This document shows, one piece after another, positions 17,251-32,879 of a stretch of 64,000 nucleotides of DNA. The translations under genes and the position numbers were made by a program. Positions within the stretch are counted from its first letter, which is position 1. Each line of letters begins with the position of its first letter. The DNA comes from the human T2T-CHM13v2.0 reference genome, Homo sapiens, in assembly GCF_009914755.1 (NCBI RefSeq), contig NC_060947.1; one strand, 5' to 3'. The notes below the pieces were generated by a model. It saw only the letters and a list, made by a program, of their open reading frames with translations. It had not been told where the DNA came from and ran no database searches.

Positions 17251-18484
17251 AGACTGCACAACCTATACTTTGTATTTTGTGTTGAATTTTTGCTTATAAA
17301 ACAAGTGATATAGTGAGGTATTGTTTTATTTTTATTTTTTGAAGAACTGCTTTCATTTTTAAGTTAGAACATAAGAATACAATGCTAAATGTACAACTCA
17401 GCTAAAAAACTTGAACAAAGTGCTGAAAACTATTAGGATAAAATTAAAATATATTGAAATCTTATCCAAGTGTCCAGTTGTACTTGCTGAGAATTTTCTT
17501 GGACCCATCAAATCAGTCTTGATTATTTCAAACATTTGAAATATAGTATAATGCAGTTTCAAATATGTAAGAAGCAAGATAAAATATGTAATATCTTCAG
17601 TATCAGTTTTCTTATACCTTCCCTAATTCTTAACTCATAGAATTATAAGACCAATACACATCAACAAGGAATCTATTCCCTTCATTCCTTGTTGATGACC
17701 ACTAAGTTATTCTGAACAAAGGTGTAGAGAATGTACATGGCACCTGCCTTCCCACATCACCTTTGATGGCCACCTGCTTCACTCATAACTATTGTTCTAC
17801 AAGAAGCCTTTTGTTGGTCTTGCTTTATATCACATGGCTCTGTGCTCCTAGTCCCAGATGATTGGACCAGATGTAGGCATAGGATGCCTATAAATCAACA
17901 TATACATATACAGGTGACTGTATAATAGGTCAAAAACTGAGCTGAGACAAGATTTTCAGTATCAGTAATTCTATGTAATGAATACCAATTGCCATGAACT
18001 TATCATGAGTTTGCTGCATGTACACTAGGATGGAATTCTGAAAACCCTAGTTTTGGAAAAAAAAAAGTAGCGATGGAGTTGAATTAAGCAACACTGCAGA
18101 GTACTGCAATAATAGTACCAAAATGAACTCAGAATATGACTGGTTGGTGAATGAACGATGCTATTCTTGGTTACTATATTTTTTTCTAAAAGCTTGACAT
18201 TTATTTACAAGTTCTGTAATCTCCATTGGTGTATTTTAGAGGAATATGCTGGCATTTAGTGTGTGTTGCAATTTAGTCCATTAAAATTTCATGTGAATAC
18301 ATGTACATTCTTCCATTATCACTTAACGAAATAAGCATTATTAGCATTATTACTCCACTATAAAATTAAAGCAGAACTGATCAGAAGTATTTTCCCACAT
18401 TAACTTCTTATTTTAAGAGAACTTAATCACCTTTATAGCAGAATGCACTCCTATGGAGAAATCAAATGAAAATAGGAAGCAGAT

Positions 18485-18499
18485 TTCTCTCCCTCTCTC

Positions 18500-18537
<38 letters not shown>

Positions 18538-18548
18538 GATATATATAA
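18485..18548. repeat. Compound (TC)(TG)n(TA)n microsatellite
   Basis: Read directly from the sequence. Confidence 0.9.
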
Positions 18549-19619
18549 TTTTTTTATATATGCATTATTTCATATATACGTAAATAGTGATAATTCAAAA
18601 AGGCATTGAGAGAGAGCACATGCAAATGTGGAAAATATAATAAGGAAAAAAGCACAACATACTCAGTGCCTTTCAATACATATATTGCCTACAAATGAAA
18701 ACATAAAATGTGCTGTGTGGTAAGTTATAAGGTCTCTGGGGGCAAGAAGCCTTATCCAATTTAATAATTAAAAAAAATTATACCATAGCTAGCACAAATG
18801 ATTTTAAGTTAGTAAGTTAAAAATGCTTACAAGTTAGTAAGACTAGATTTTTTTTAAAAAATCATTTTTAAAAGGATGGTATGTTGTAGTATAAATATTA
18901 AATCATGATTTTATCACTCTATCTCATGTCAAAACAATTCAGAATATATGTATTTATTTCTTAGAGTTAAGATCCTAGGATAAATCCTCACGTAGACATT
19001 CCAAAGCAAATATGCAAAATGATTTAGTTATCCATATCTGAAGACACTTTCTTATGAAACAAAATGATTGACCAGACATGAATACATTTCTCCAGCAAAA
19101 ATGGTAAATTGGGTTCTGAGAATTATTTTTAACTAGACAAGAAGTAAGTTATTGTGAGAGCTACCTTGAGATGCTATGGGTATAAAAATTATACTTACAA
19201 TCCAGAATATGGGAGTTCAGTGCATGAAAATTTCTTGGTGTGTTGGAGCTCGATGGAGTGCCTACCTAATGCATCTAACATATTACTTGACCCAGTTAAG
19301 CCTGCTGAGCTGCAAAAGTTAGTAGAAAATCAGTAAGCTCAGAAGAGCAAACTTTCACCTAGGCTTATCAGTAGGTATTGATCTTACTCAAACAGCTGAT
19401 TTATTATTAATACTACCCTGTAAACTCCAAGATTAACTATCCTGGACCTAGTTTTAACAGCCACAATTTATGGATAATTGCCCTCTCTAAAAAGATTCAC
19501 AGGAATATTATATTTTGACCAGAATTTTGCAGTTTGAGCAGCCAAATTTATAATTTTCCAAATTTTCAATTCACTTTAAAATTTGAGCCTGAGTGGAAGA
19601 AACCTAGAGTAATAGGGAA

Positions 19620-19750
19620 TAATAATAAACATAATAACAGCTGTCATTTACTTGTAGCTTACTATAAGCCATGTACATACAATCATCACAATAATCCTGC
19701 AAGTTATTAGTATCCCTACTCTACTGATGAGTGATGGACTTAGAGGTAGT
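19620..19750 (-). mobile_element. MIR fragment
   Basis: 'aatcatcacaataatcctgcaagttattagtatcccta...ctgatgag'. Confidence 0.5.
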
Positions 19751-19817
19751 GTTAGACTTCTAGTAAGTTTCAAAGATGAAGAGTAAATTCAGTTTGGGCC
19801 CAAATTCCTCAACAATA

Positions 19818-20176
19818 TTATCTTAGTTGGGCTCTCATAACAAAATATTTGGATGTCTTAACCAACAAAAATGTATTTCTGACAATATCGGAAGCTGGAA
19901 GTTCAAGAATAGGGTGCCAGTATAGTCATGTTCTCAAGAGTGGCCTCCTCTTAGCTTGCAGGGTGCCCCTTCTCTATGTCTTCTCGTGGTAGAGCGAGGA
20001 AGTTTTGGTTTATCTTCTTCTTATTATAAGAGCGCTAATCCTATCATGGGAGCTCCACACTCATGACCTCATCCAAAACTAATTACCTCACAAAGGCCCC
20101 ACCTAGTACCATCACATTGGGAGTTAGGGATTCAGGATTTAAATTTGTGGGAGACACAAACTTTCAGTCCATAACA
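19818..20176 (-). mobile_element. MLT1A-like MaLR solo LTR
   Basis: 'ggaagctggaagttcaagaatagggtgccag', 'ctcatgacctcatccaaaactaattacctc', end 'ttcagtccataaca'. Confidence 0.8.
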
Positions 20177-22364
20177 TGCACTTGAAAGAACATTACAATT
20201 TATCTTTGCAATAGTTTCTAAAATATGTTATGAAGAATTATTTGTGTAGTGCTTTACAAAAAGGGTATGCATGTTCTCTTCAGAGAAATTTGAAATGCAA
20301 CTTATCTGAGACGTTTGCAGAAAAAAAAAACTGTTTTATTTCAGTTAGTGTTTTCCAAACTTGTGGTAATATTAAACAACTTTCCACTGAACACGCTCTG
20401 AGAAATGTTACATTTCTGTCAGTCATGCTCTTTTCTCTCTAAATGCTTCCTGAATGGGATTATGACTCTAGGTTTTGGAAATCTAGGTAACATATAACAT
20501 GTTACTAGGCCAACAGAAATGAACATAAAGAAAAATCCTAATTGCATTTCATTTTTGATTCTGGTCAGTGGATGAAACAGCTAAGGCAGGAGTCAGTGGT
20601 AGTATTGAAATGTCGTATTATGTTTAAATGTTATATACTTAATGTTCAACATCTTGCAAGATAAATAATAGTCGTGATGGTTATTATAGCCATTATTTAT
20701 TATTATTATAATATGAAGCACAAAGGCAAGTTAATTGAAATACAAGTCCCTCATCATAGGGGGCTTTTAAATATCTAGAAAACTGACTACTGTACACAAT
20801 GAACATTATTGTATCACTGCAGCACATGACAGTCATTATGTCTGTTGCTAAAGAACTTTGTTGAAGGCACTCACTCTTTAAAACAAACCTACATGTGAAA
20901 AGCAACTGCAAGAGAGTCATATGACTAAAGCTTCTACACAAAGTTTCAGAGTAGAAATGAGTAAATTAAAAAAACACACACACTTAAGCCTTCAAAGTCT
21001 GAAATAAATTTCCACAACTCCATTTATAAATGTCATGATAGACCTCAAAACAATTAAGTGAATATAACTAATTAAAACCAAATTACTAAATCAATAGTGT
21101 AATTTAGCCCAACTAAAATTCACTCTAGCTGACTTGAAATATTTAGATTTGACAAGCTGAGTACAGGATCTCAATTAGACAATATGATGCTATTGGTGAG
21201 GAAACTTGCAGAAAAATCTTTATTCTTACATTTGAGATTAATAATTAAGAAAAACAGAATGTTTCAAAGCATGTGAAGTATTCCAATATCCAAATATTCA
21301 TAGCATTAGCTTATTAGTATGATTATACAAAGGTTGGCTAGCCACATTCCATAGATCAGGAAAGAAACACTATTAAGTTGGTACCTATATTTAAGATAGA
21401 GCTCAAATTAATTTTAAATGACTTAATTTATATGCCCAAATTTTATTTTATGTTATTTTTTATAGTGTCCAATCTCTAGACTAAATTGCCCCTGATGAAA
21501 TCTACAGATAGAACTTGAGAGCTGGACATATAAAATTCTATATAAAATTTAGGAGGTAGTATAAGATCCTGAGGTCCTTGGAGACATTCCAAAGGAGGAA
21601 AAATTGAGTATGGAAAAAGTCATTTATAGAAAATAGGTGAAAATATGAAGAGAAGCAATACTCATTCTTGCATATGAGCCTGGATTGTTGAAATAATGCT
21701 ACAGATATGTTGATAATTGGTAGAGTTCAGATAGTAAATTGATTTAGTGTATCTGATTATATGATAAACCCTGGAAGATATGGAGAAATGTGGTAGAATG
21801 ATTTGGACAATAGCTGTAATTCCCCTGAGTGTGATTGAGTGAGAAATATTAACTTTCATAAAACCATAATTTGATCAATAATTTTCTTTTCTTTTGTATA
21901 TTAGAAAAGCATACAATTGATGAGCCAGCTCATGGGCTGATGAGGTTGTGGGTTTTAGTATGTAAGCCTTGAATAACAACTTATATGGTGTGAATTAATC
22001 TGTCTCTTTCACAAACTCACCAATATTTGCTGTTCTTTTAATGAGGAAAAAACCTTTTTTCAACAACTAGAGAATAATCTTAAATTAACAAAGAGATATA
22101 AATGGCTGATATTAGACTCATTCTTGAATATTTTATTGGGGTGATTGGGAAAAAATATGAAAATGGTAGAAGGGACACAATAGCATAAAATGAGTCTGAC
22201 CTATCAATGAGCCTACTGATGTTGATAGTGGATGATGTTGATACCAATGCCTCTCAGGTTAAGCAAGATCCATTAGCATCTTTTGAATAAATAAAGAATA
22301 ATCAAATCATAACCAATACAGTAAAGCTTTTAATTGTATTGAGTCTGTTTAAAAATTAGCAATT

Positions 22365-22930
22365 TATTGTATAATTATACCATACATTTTGTCTATTAAT
22401 CCATTGATGGATATTTAGGTTGATTTCATATCTTGGCTATTGTGAAGAGTACTGCAGTGAACATGGGAATGCAGCTATTTGTTCAGCATACTAATGTCAT
22501 TTCATTTGGTTATATACCCAATAGTGAGATTCTTGTATCATATGGTAGTTCAGATTTTAATTTTTTGATCAACCTTCATACTGTTTTCCATAATGGCTGT
22601 ACCAATTTTCATTCCCACCAGTTACATACAAGTGTTCCCTTTTCTCCACATTACTGCTAGCATTTTTTAATTTTTTGTCTAATAGGCATCCTAATGGGTG
22701 AGATGATAGCTTACTGTGGTTTTGATTTTTTACCATGATTACTAGTTATGTTGAAGATCTTTTTCATATATCTGTTAACCATTTGTATGTCTTTTTTGAG
22801 AAATGTCTATCCATATATTTTGCCCATTTTTAAATTAGGTTATTTGTTGTTGGTTTTTGTTTGTTTTTTTTTTTTTTTTTTTTTTTGGTTTGCTACTGAG
22901 TTATTTGAGTTCCTTATATATTTTGGATAT
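22365..22930 (-). mobile_element. L1MA: inverted segment of a twin-primed insertion
   Basis: Antisense L1 3'-ORF2 region ('ttggctattgtgaagagtactgcagtgaacatggg'). Confidence 0.8.
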
Positions 22931-23430
22931 TATTATTCAATCATAAAAAATAATGATATCCTATCATTTGCATCAACATGGACACACTTAAAGGATATTA
23001 TGTCAAGTGAAATAAACCAAGCACAGAAGAACAAATACCACATGATCTCATTCGTAGGAATCTAAAACAAAGTTAATCTTATGGAATTAGAAAGTAGAAC
23101 AGGGTTTACCAGATGTTAGGGAGAGTAGAGGGGATGGGAGTATGGGGAGGGGTTGATCAATGGGTACAAAGTTACACAGAAGGAATAAGTTCTGGTGTTC
23201 TATTGCACAGCCGGGCAACTATAGTTAACGATAATATATAATTCAAAATAGCTAGAAGAGAGGGGTTTGAATCTTCTCACTACAAAGAAATGACAAGCGT
23301 TTGAAGTAATGGACATGCTAATTACCCTGATTTGATTATTACACAACGTATATATGTATTGAAACATCACACTGTATCCCATAAACATGTACAATTATTG
23401 TGGCTCCATTAAAAAATAAAACTTAAAAAA
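22928..23430 (+). mobile_element. L1MA 3' UTR (sense segment)
   Basis: 'aaataccacatgatctcattc...aataagttctggtgttctattgcacag...ataaacatgtacaattattg...aaaaaataaaa'. Confidence 0.85.
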
Positions 23431-24266
23431 TTAATGATTTTGAAGTGACATCAGCCAAACAGTGAACTAGGAAGCTTTAGGTATCTGTTTCCCCCATGGA
23501 AACATTAAAACAAGCAAACAAAAAAGTAGAGACTGGCCAAACGTACTTATAGGAGTTCTGGAAAACAGCCAAAAGTGTACAGCAACCACGCAAATGCCCA
23601 ATCAAGAAAAAGCAGAATTCAAATAGCAGGAAATTTCCTCATTTTTTTTTTTATTAACTGTCACCTTCATATACCCAGTATTGCACAGTCTTGGTTTAGA
23701 GGAGGCAGCTTCCCTGTTTCCAGTTCCCTCCCTCAAAGCAGAGAGAGCATAACAATGTTTTAACTTGTCTGTGGGCTGCCTGAGCGACTAGTATCTGTTT
23801 CATCTGACTTGGAGTTCGGTCAGGGAAAAGTACTTTGATGGTCTTTGGTAAAGCTGCTGGAAAACTGTCACCCACAGATACCTGAGGCCAGAAATTTAAG
23901 GTGAAGATATTCAATTGACCTTCTAAGGCAGCAGTCCATTTCTCAGTTCTCTCCTTTAAACTGGAGGGAGCAGAGCAGACCTTATTTGCAAGATTCTAAT
24001 ATATCTGGGAGATTCCTAAAGGACTAGTCTCTGTTATGTGTAACTCAAATCTCAGCCTGGAAAAGTGAAAGAGAGCAGCAAGTACTGCTCATAAAAATTG
24101 AAGGGGGACTACAGACCTGTAGAAGCCTGGAGTTTCTCACACCACACACCTGTGAGGATAGCTAATTGCAACAAAACAAAACAGAATGTCAGCATGTCTT
24201 GGTATGGATGAAGACAAATTGGAACACATGTACATTGTTGGAGGAACTTAAAATGGTGCAACTACT

Positions 24267-24562
<296 letters not shown>

Positions 24563-24606
24563 GTGTAAAAGCACAACTGCTATGGAAAATAGTATGGAAG
24601 TTACTC

Positions 24607-25767
<1,161 letters not shown>

Positions 25768-25800
25768 TCACACCCCTTCCCCACGCCCCACCAGCGGTCT

Positions 25801-25812
25801 GCTGGTCGACCC
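25801..25812 (-). terminator. Sal box (T1-equivalent TTF-I site) GGGTCGACCAGC
   Basis: Exact human Sal-box consensus GGGTCGACCAG, preceded by a pyrimidine tract as in rDNA. Confidence 0.85.
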
Positions 25813-26919
25813 GTGCGGAGGAAAGAGGAGGAAGGATGCGCGAGGGCCGGAACGCCGGGTGGCCGCCCCCGGGCCCGCGGGGCCACCCCTGGGATAGGGG
25901 CCGGCGGGGCACGGACCCCGCTCAGCGCACCCGCCTCCGCGGTTCCCACCCACGCTCCCCGGACCCCGTCCCAGCCTGGAGGGGCGAGTCCCCCCCCCGG
26001 CGGTGAACGGGGAGGAGGCGGGAACCCAAGAAGCGGGGCGCGCCGAGCAGGGATGCGCCCCCCCGCCCCCCCAACCCCGGAAAATACATAGATTTACCAT
26101 ATAACACAATTCCTCTTGTGGGTATATATCCAAATGAATTGAAATCAATAATTTGAACAGATATTTGTATGCCCATTTTCACAGCAGCAATAAATGAAAG
26201 ATGGAAACCAACTCATATGTCCATCAACGGATAACTGGATAAAACGTGGTATATACACACAATGGAATATTTTTCAGCCTTATAAAGAAATGAAATTCTG
26301 ACATGTTACAACATGGATAAGCCCTGAAGACATTATTCTAAGTGAAATAAGCAGACACAGGAAGACAAATATTGTATGATTGCACTTATATGAGGTACTC
26401 AGAGCAGTCAAGTTGATAGAGACTGAAAGTAGAATGGTGACTGTCAGATGCTGGGGGAGAGGGCTGTGAGGAGTTATTGTTTATTTGGTACAGAGTTTTC
26501 ATTTAAAGAGATAACAAAAGATCTGGAAATAAATGGTGATAATTGTTGCACAATGTTAAGGTATTTAATGCCACTGAAGTGCATATTTAAAAATGGTTAA
26601 AATTTGCAATCTCATGTTATGTGGGTTTACCACAATGAAAAATAAAAATAAAGAATATTTGATGTTCTATTTATATTATTGACATATTTACATTATTAAA
26701 AACGTTATTAAATACATGGCAATTGTCTTTTAACCAAAATATTTGATTAATCTAATTATTGCAGAGATGGGCTTCTATTAACATGCCAGATAAAATAAAG
26801 TGTACTGTATTTTCTTTATGAGAATGATGGTGGCAGTCTTTTTTAAGAAAAGAACAGACAGGGATTTTTCTCAACATATTATCTATGTTGAGTATCTATT
26901 AGAATTGGCTGAATATTTA

Positions 26920-29337
26920 TATAACCTGTAACAGCAGAATTGATCATACAGGAAAAAAAAAATCAGCAAAAATGACAGCAGGTCATTTGAAATTAACCAG
27001 TTAGAGGAACAAAAAAGAGGAAAAGGAATAAAAAGCATGAGGACACTAAATAGGACCTATGGAACACCATCAAGTGAAAAAATATACACAATATGGTATT
27101 CTTAGGAATAGTAGAGAAGAAAAAGGGGGAAAAGACCTATTTAAAGAAATAATGGTTTAAAACTTTCCAAATCGTGGGAAGGATAAGAACATCTAACTAC
27201 ATGATACTTGAAGGATCCCAAGCTGGATCAATCCAAAGAAAATTATGAGTCACATAATAAAATGTAGAGAGGAGAAACAGAATTTTACAGTTTTTTTATG
27301 GAATTGAAGTTGTTATTAACTTTAAATAGATTGTTATAAGATGTTTTATGAAAGCCTTATAGTAACCACAAAGAAAACACCTGCAGTAGATTACAAGAAA
27401 GAAGAAAGAAAAAAATTATAGCCACTAATACAGAAAACATCAAATTACAAAGGAAGATAGCAAGAGAGGAAGTAAGAAACAAAGGAACTAAAAAACCTAG
27501 TCAAAATTCAATTAACTAAACGACCACAGCAAATGCTTCCCTATTAACAATTACTTAAATTTAAATGAATTAAATATTCTAATAAGAAAGACACAGAGTG
27601 GCTGAATGGATGAAAAACAAGATCCAACTAGATATTGCCATCAAGAGACTCACTTTTGTTTTAAGGACACATATAGGCTGAATGTAAAGGGATGAAAAAT
27701 GTTATTCCATGCTAGTGGTAACCAAAAGAGCAGGAGTGGAGATGTTTACATGAGACAAAATAGACTTTAAGTCAAAATCTCTCACAAGAGACAAAGATCA
27801 CTATATAATGATAAAAGAGTCAATTCATTAAGAGGATATAATAATTATTAGTATTTATGCACCTAATATTGGATCACCAAATTATATAAAGCAAATATTA
27901 ATAAATCTGAGGGGAGAAATAGATTGTAATACAATAATGGTAGGGAACTTCAACACTCCACTTCCAATATCCAGATGAAAATTCAATAAGGGATCATTGG
28001 ATGTGAACTACACTTTAGAACAAATGGACCCAATAGACATATACAGAGAACATTCAACCCAAAAGAAGAATATACATTCTTCTCAAACACACATAGAACA
28101 TTCTCTAAGATAGATCTTATGTTGGGCTGCATAACAAGTCTTAACAAACTTAAGAAGATTGAAATTATATGAAGTATCTTTTTTTGACCACAATAATATG
28201 AAACTAGAAATTAATAACAGGAGGAAAATTGGAAAATTCACAATTATGTGAAAATTAAACAACACACTCCTGAACAACTAATGGGCCAAAGAAAAAATCA
28301 AAAGGGAAATGGAAAATTATATTGTGATAAATGAACATAGAAACATGCTAAAGCAGTTCTGAGAGGAAGTATATAATAATAAATGCCTAGATTAAGAAAA
28401 AAAAATTATCCCAACTGAACAACCTAACTTTACACCTCAAAGGACTTAAGAAAGAAGAAAAAATTAAGCTGAGATGTAGCAGAAGGAAAACAATTATAAA
28501 GATTAGAGCAGAAATAAATGAAGTAAAGACTAGGGAGACAACACAAAAGATCAACAAAACTAAGAGTTGATTTTTTGAAAGGGAAAAAAATGTCTACAAA
28601 CCTTTAGATAGACAAAGAAACTAGAGAGAGAACTCAAGTGAATAAAACTATAAATTAAAGAAGAATGCTATGATTTTGATACCTTTTGTTTGTCCCCACC
28701 AAAACTCATGTTGAAATTTAATCCCCAATGTGGAGATCCTGGGAAGTGAAGGGCCGTAGTAGGAGGTGTTTGGGTTGTGAAGGCGGATCCCTCATGAGTG
28801 GCTTGATGTTGTTCTCATGGTAGTGAGTCCTCACTCTTTTGAGACTAATAGCTGTCATGGGAATTAATTAGTTCCACAAAGAGTGGGTTGTTATAAAGCC
28901 AGAATGTCCCTAATGTTTTTCTCTCTTCACATATGTCCACTTCCCCTTTGATCTTTTCCATGTCGTGATGCAGAACAAAAGCCCTCACCAGAAGCCAGAG
29001 CCATGTCCTTTAACTTCTCAGTCTATACAACCATGAGCTAAATACAACTATTTTCTTTATGAATTACTCAATGTCAGTATTCTTTTATAGCAATAAAAAA
29101 GAATAAAAGCAGGAGACAAATCAAGTCAAATTCACAGAAGCAGAGAACAGAATGGTGGTTACTAAGACCTGGGGATTGGGAGGAATAAAGAGATTTTGGT
29201 CAAAGGGTATAACCTTTCAGTTATAAGAGAAATAAGTTCTGAGGATCTAATATACAGTATGGTGACTATAGTTATTAATACTGTATTTTATAATTAAAAT
29301 TTGCTGAGAGTAATCTTAAATATTCTCACCACACCCA

Positions 29338-29373
<36 letters not shown>

Positions 29374-29520
29374 TGGTAACTATGTGAAGTGATGGATGTG
29401 TTAATTAACTTGATCGCGGTAATCACTTTACTATATATTTATCAAATTTTCTTATTGTACATGCTAAATATATATATTTTTTGTTTTCAACTATATCTCA
29501 ATAAATCTGGAAAAAATAAA
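26920..29520 (+). mobile_element. L1MA9-like element with large internal deletions
   Basis: ORF1 and EN remnants at 26920-28665; jumps to the 3' UTR at ~29120; includes (CA)n at 29340-29370. Confidence 0.75.
28666..29111 (+). mobile_element. MST (MSTB-like) MaLR solo LTR
   Basis: TG...CA ends; 'tccccaccaaaactcatgttgaaatttaatccccaatgtgg', 'gccctcaccagaagcc'. Confidence 0.85.
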
Positions 29521-29527
29521 TATCTCA

Positions 29528-30040
29528 GGGAAACATCCCAAGTATCCATCAGCAGAGAATGGGTAAAAACTTATTTATTCATGCAATAGCATACAGAAAA
29601 GAATGTCACTGACGTTATGCTGAAGAAAGGAAGCTGAACACATAAAGAGCATATTGTATGATTTGTTTGCATAAAGTTGTAAAAGAACAAGAATAATCTA
29701 CGGTGAAAAAAGAAAAGCTGCTTTCTATCTTTTGTGGGGTGGGATTGACTAGGAAGGGGCATGAGGGAACTTTCATGAGGGAAATGTTCCCACATTGTTG
29801 TCATAATGTGAGTTTCTTGGGTGTAAGCATTTGTCAACACTCAGTGTATCCTTTGACCAACACCTCCCTGATCCTTCCCTGCAACCACTCCAGTCCACGG
29901 TAACCACATTCTACCCTATTCCTTTGAGATCAAACCTTTTAGATTCCACATATGAGTGAGATCATGCAGTATTTGTTTTTCTGTGCATTGTACACTTAGA
30001 ATGTTTGCGTTTATCTGCAACTAAATTTTACCTAAGATAA
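29528..30040 (+). mobile_element. L1ME-like 3' fragment containing a short antisense L1MA piece (~29845-29985)
   Basis: Degenerate 3' UTR motifs; antisense 'ttagattccacatatgagtgagatcatgcagtatttg'. Confidence 0.55.
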
Positions 30041-30399
30041 TAAATCTGTAAACAGAATTAATTAATAATGAGATCAGTGAATGCAAGATTCTTTTAGTTT
30101 CTTAAAAATGATGTTCCCTTTGACCCCAAAATTCTATTTATAACAAAGTGTTCTAAGGAGATATGTGAATGGTTTTTCAGACTTGAATCAATTTCTTTTT
30201 CTTTCTTTCTTTCATTATATTTAACGTTTTAAGGTGTTTTTTAATACATTCTAAAAGGAGGAACAATTTGAAAATTTTTCATTTGGGAAACATTTGAATA
30301 AAATGTGATATGGCAATACAAAGAAAAAGTATAAAGCCATTTAAAACTAGATTGTAGATCTACGTTTATTAACATGAAAAAATGTCCATGACATTTTCA

Positions 30400-30777
<378 letters not shown>

Positions 30778-32038
30778 TTATGTAGAGGTAAGTAGTAGAT
30801 AGATACATAAATAGAGCATATTGATAAAAAGATAGGTACAACATAATTAACACTTTGTTTTAGGAGTTAGAATTCAAAGTAAATTTTACTTTTCTATTCA
30901 TACGCTTTCTACAACAATTTTTATAATATAAATATATGATTTATATAAACAGAAAATATAAAGCTCTTTCATTTTGGAAAATAGAATATGCTATTTTCAA
31001 AACCAATTTTTTTAAATTAATGTGAAGAAATAATACCTAATTTCTTATACCAAGTAATTAAACAACACTAAAGATAATTAAATATGTAGAAAAATAGATT
31101 GACTACTATTTATGTATTTTCTATCATTTATTTTCCATCAGTAACAAGATTGTGTTTTCCATTTCTAAGGTTAACAGACAATTCTCAAAACATACAAAGA
31201 AAATAAGTGTATTCTAATTCTTGTCTTTTCACAGTTTGTGTGTACATGTGTATACAATTTTAATTTTAAATATTATTTTCTTACATTTATTGCTCATATA
31301 CGCAAGGCAGATGGTTGTCAAAGAGACAAGATAAGACGAGACATGTTTGTCTAACCTTTCAAGAGTAAAGACTTCTAATTAATTTTGCTTTTACTTTACA
31401 GATGTCACTTGAGGTAAGCTATTAACTCTCCAACTGGCAGGCTAGCTGATGAAAATTCAACTAACATTTTCAATTCTTTTTGGCATATTCATAAGTTGCT
31501 TGATGTTATAATAAGCAGGAAAAGATATTTAAAGATTGATTAAATCCTTATTGGAAATGTGAAATGCCCATCATCAAGAGCCTTTTTTTAAAATATAAGA
31601 ACATTTATTCTAAACCCTTTTATTCCTATGTGTTTAAGGGTAATGAATAATGGGAATTATAAATTATGAATAGAGGTAGAGATACTATGTAATATCATAG
31701 AAAATTACTTCTTGATAAATCATGTTTAATTACTGTAGGAAATATATAATAATTGAAAATGAATGTTTTTAGCCTATTTGGAGAAATCTAAGCTTACTCT
31801 TATATACATGCAAATGCATCCACAGGTTTCAATAGGTACTTGGGCATGTACAACAACACAAAAAAATCACTTCATTTACAAATAGTGTTAGGCATGTTAT
31901 GTAGAACATCTCTTCACAATGTTCAACCATTTTTTATCAGGTACTTATAAGGAGTAGCTATTTCCCTTTTGTTAACAAAATGGGTTTTTAATTTTTAAAT
32001 TTATTTCATATATATACATATATGATATATATATATAT

Positions 32039-32195
32039 GATGGGAGTCTCACTTTGCTGCTCAGGTTGGAGAGTAGTGACTATTCACAGGCATGATCATA
32101 TAACTCTACAGCCTTGAAGGCCTGTGCTCAATCAGCCCTCCTACTTCAGCCTCCTGAGTGGCTGGGACTATATGCACATACCATGGCACATGGCT
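32039..32195 (-). mobile_element. FAM (fossil Alu monomer)
   Basis: Monomer retaining the 7SL-like segment 'ctattcacaggcatgatc'; possible TSD tagctatttc (~31956 and ~32200). Confidence 0.75.
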
Positions 32196-32319
32196 AGAAA
32201 TAGCTATTTCTTACAGTGGCTGAGAAAATCTAAGCATCTTTCACCTAGTATTAAGCATCTTAATTTTCCAAAATAAAATGGATTTTTGTTGATAAATTAT
32301 TTTCAGATTATAAAAGTCA

Positions 32320-32710
32320 TATTTTGAGTCCCTAAGAGATAAACTCTGAGACGCAGGTGACTTATTGGGAAGTGCTCTCAGAAATACCATCTATGAGTGA
32401 GTGAAGAAAGAAGATTGGACAGAGGGAAAACTTGAACTCTTGTGAATTTACACCAGAGGGCTCAACTGATCTCACAGAGAACCCTGGAGTTGGAATGGTC
32501 TTAACATGTTTCCCAAACGGAAGCAAGGTTGTCCAGTCTTTGTCACTCCTTCATCAACCAGTCACTGGATGCAAGATGACTCCAGGGAATGAGTGTAACC
32601 TTTAGTAAAGGAATGCTTTAAGATGACTACAATTCTTGAGAAGGGAATAAGCTGTGTCCTCATCTACCAACATTTCTAGTAGTTGGACGAGTGAATGCCC
32701 CACACACAAG
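32320..32710 (-). mobile_element. MLT1K/L-like LTR
   Basis: 'actctgagacgcagg...ttattgggaagtgctctcag...gattggacagagggaaaa'. Confidence 0.6.
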
Positions 32711-32879
32711 TGGGTGTTTCAGCTAGGATCCACTACAACTAGTAAAAAAAATACATACAACACTAGAAGGTGCAAAGCAAAAAGGAAAAATATCTCTTAT
32801 CTCCATAAACCATACATAACAAAGTAAAATTTTGTTTGGTCTTTGTGTATCACTGAGGCCTACAAACCCACAAATCATT

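Noticed and set aside
20210-20410. Possible degenerate hAT-Charlie MITE (similar signal at ~58760-58990)
   Set aside because: Too diverged to assign a family or boundaries by eye
20420-22330. Repeat-poor stretch (also 53600-55020) as possible exons or conserved elements
   Set aside because: No supportable ORF or motif; conservation or RNA data would be needed, so small exons cannot be excluded
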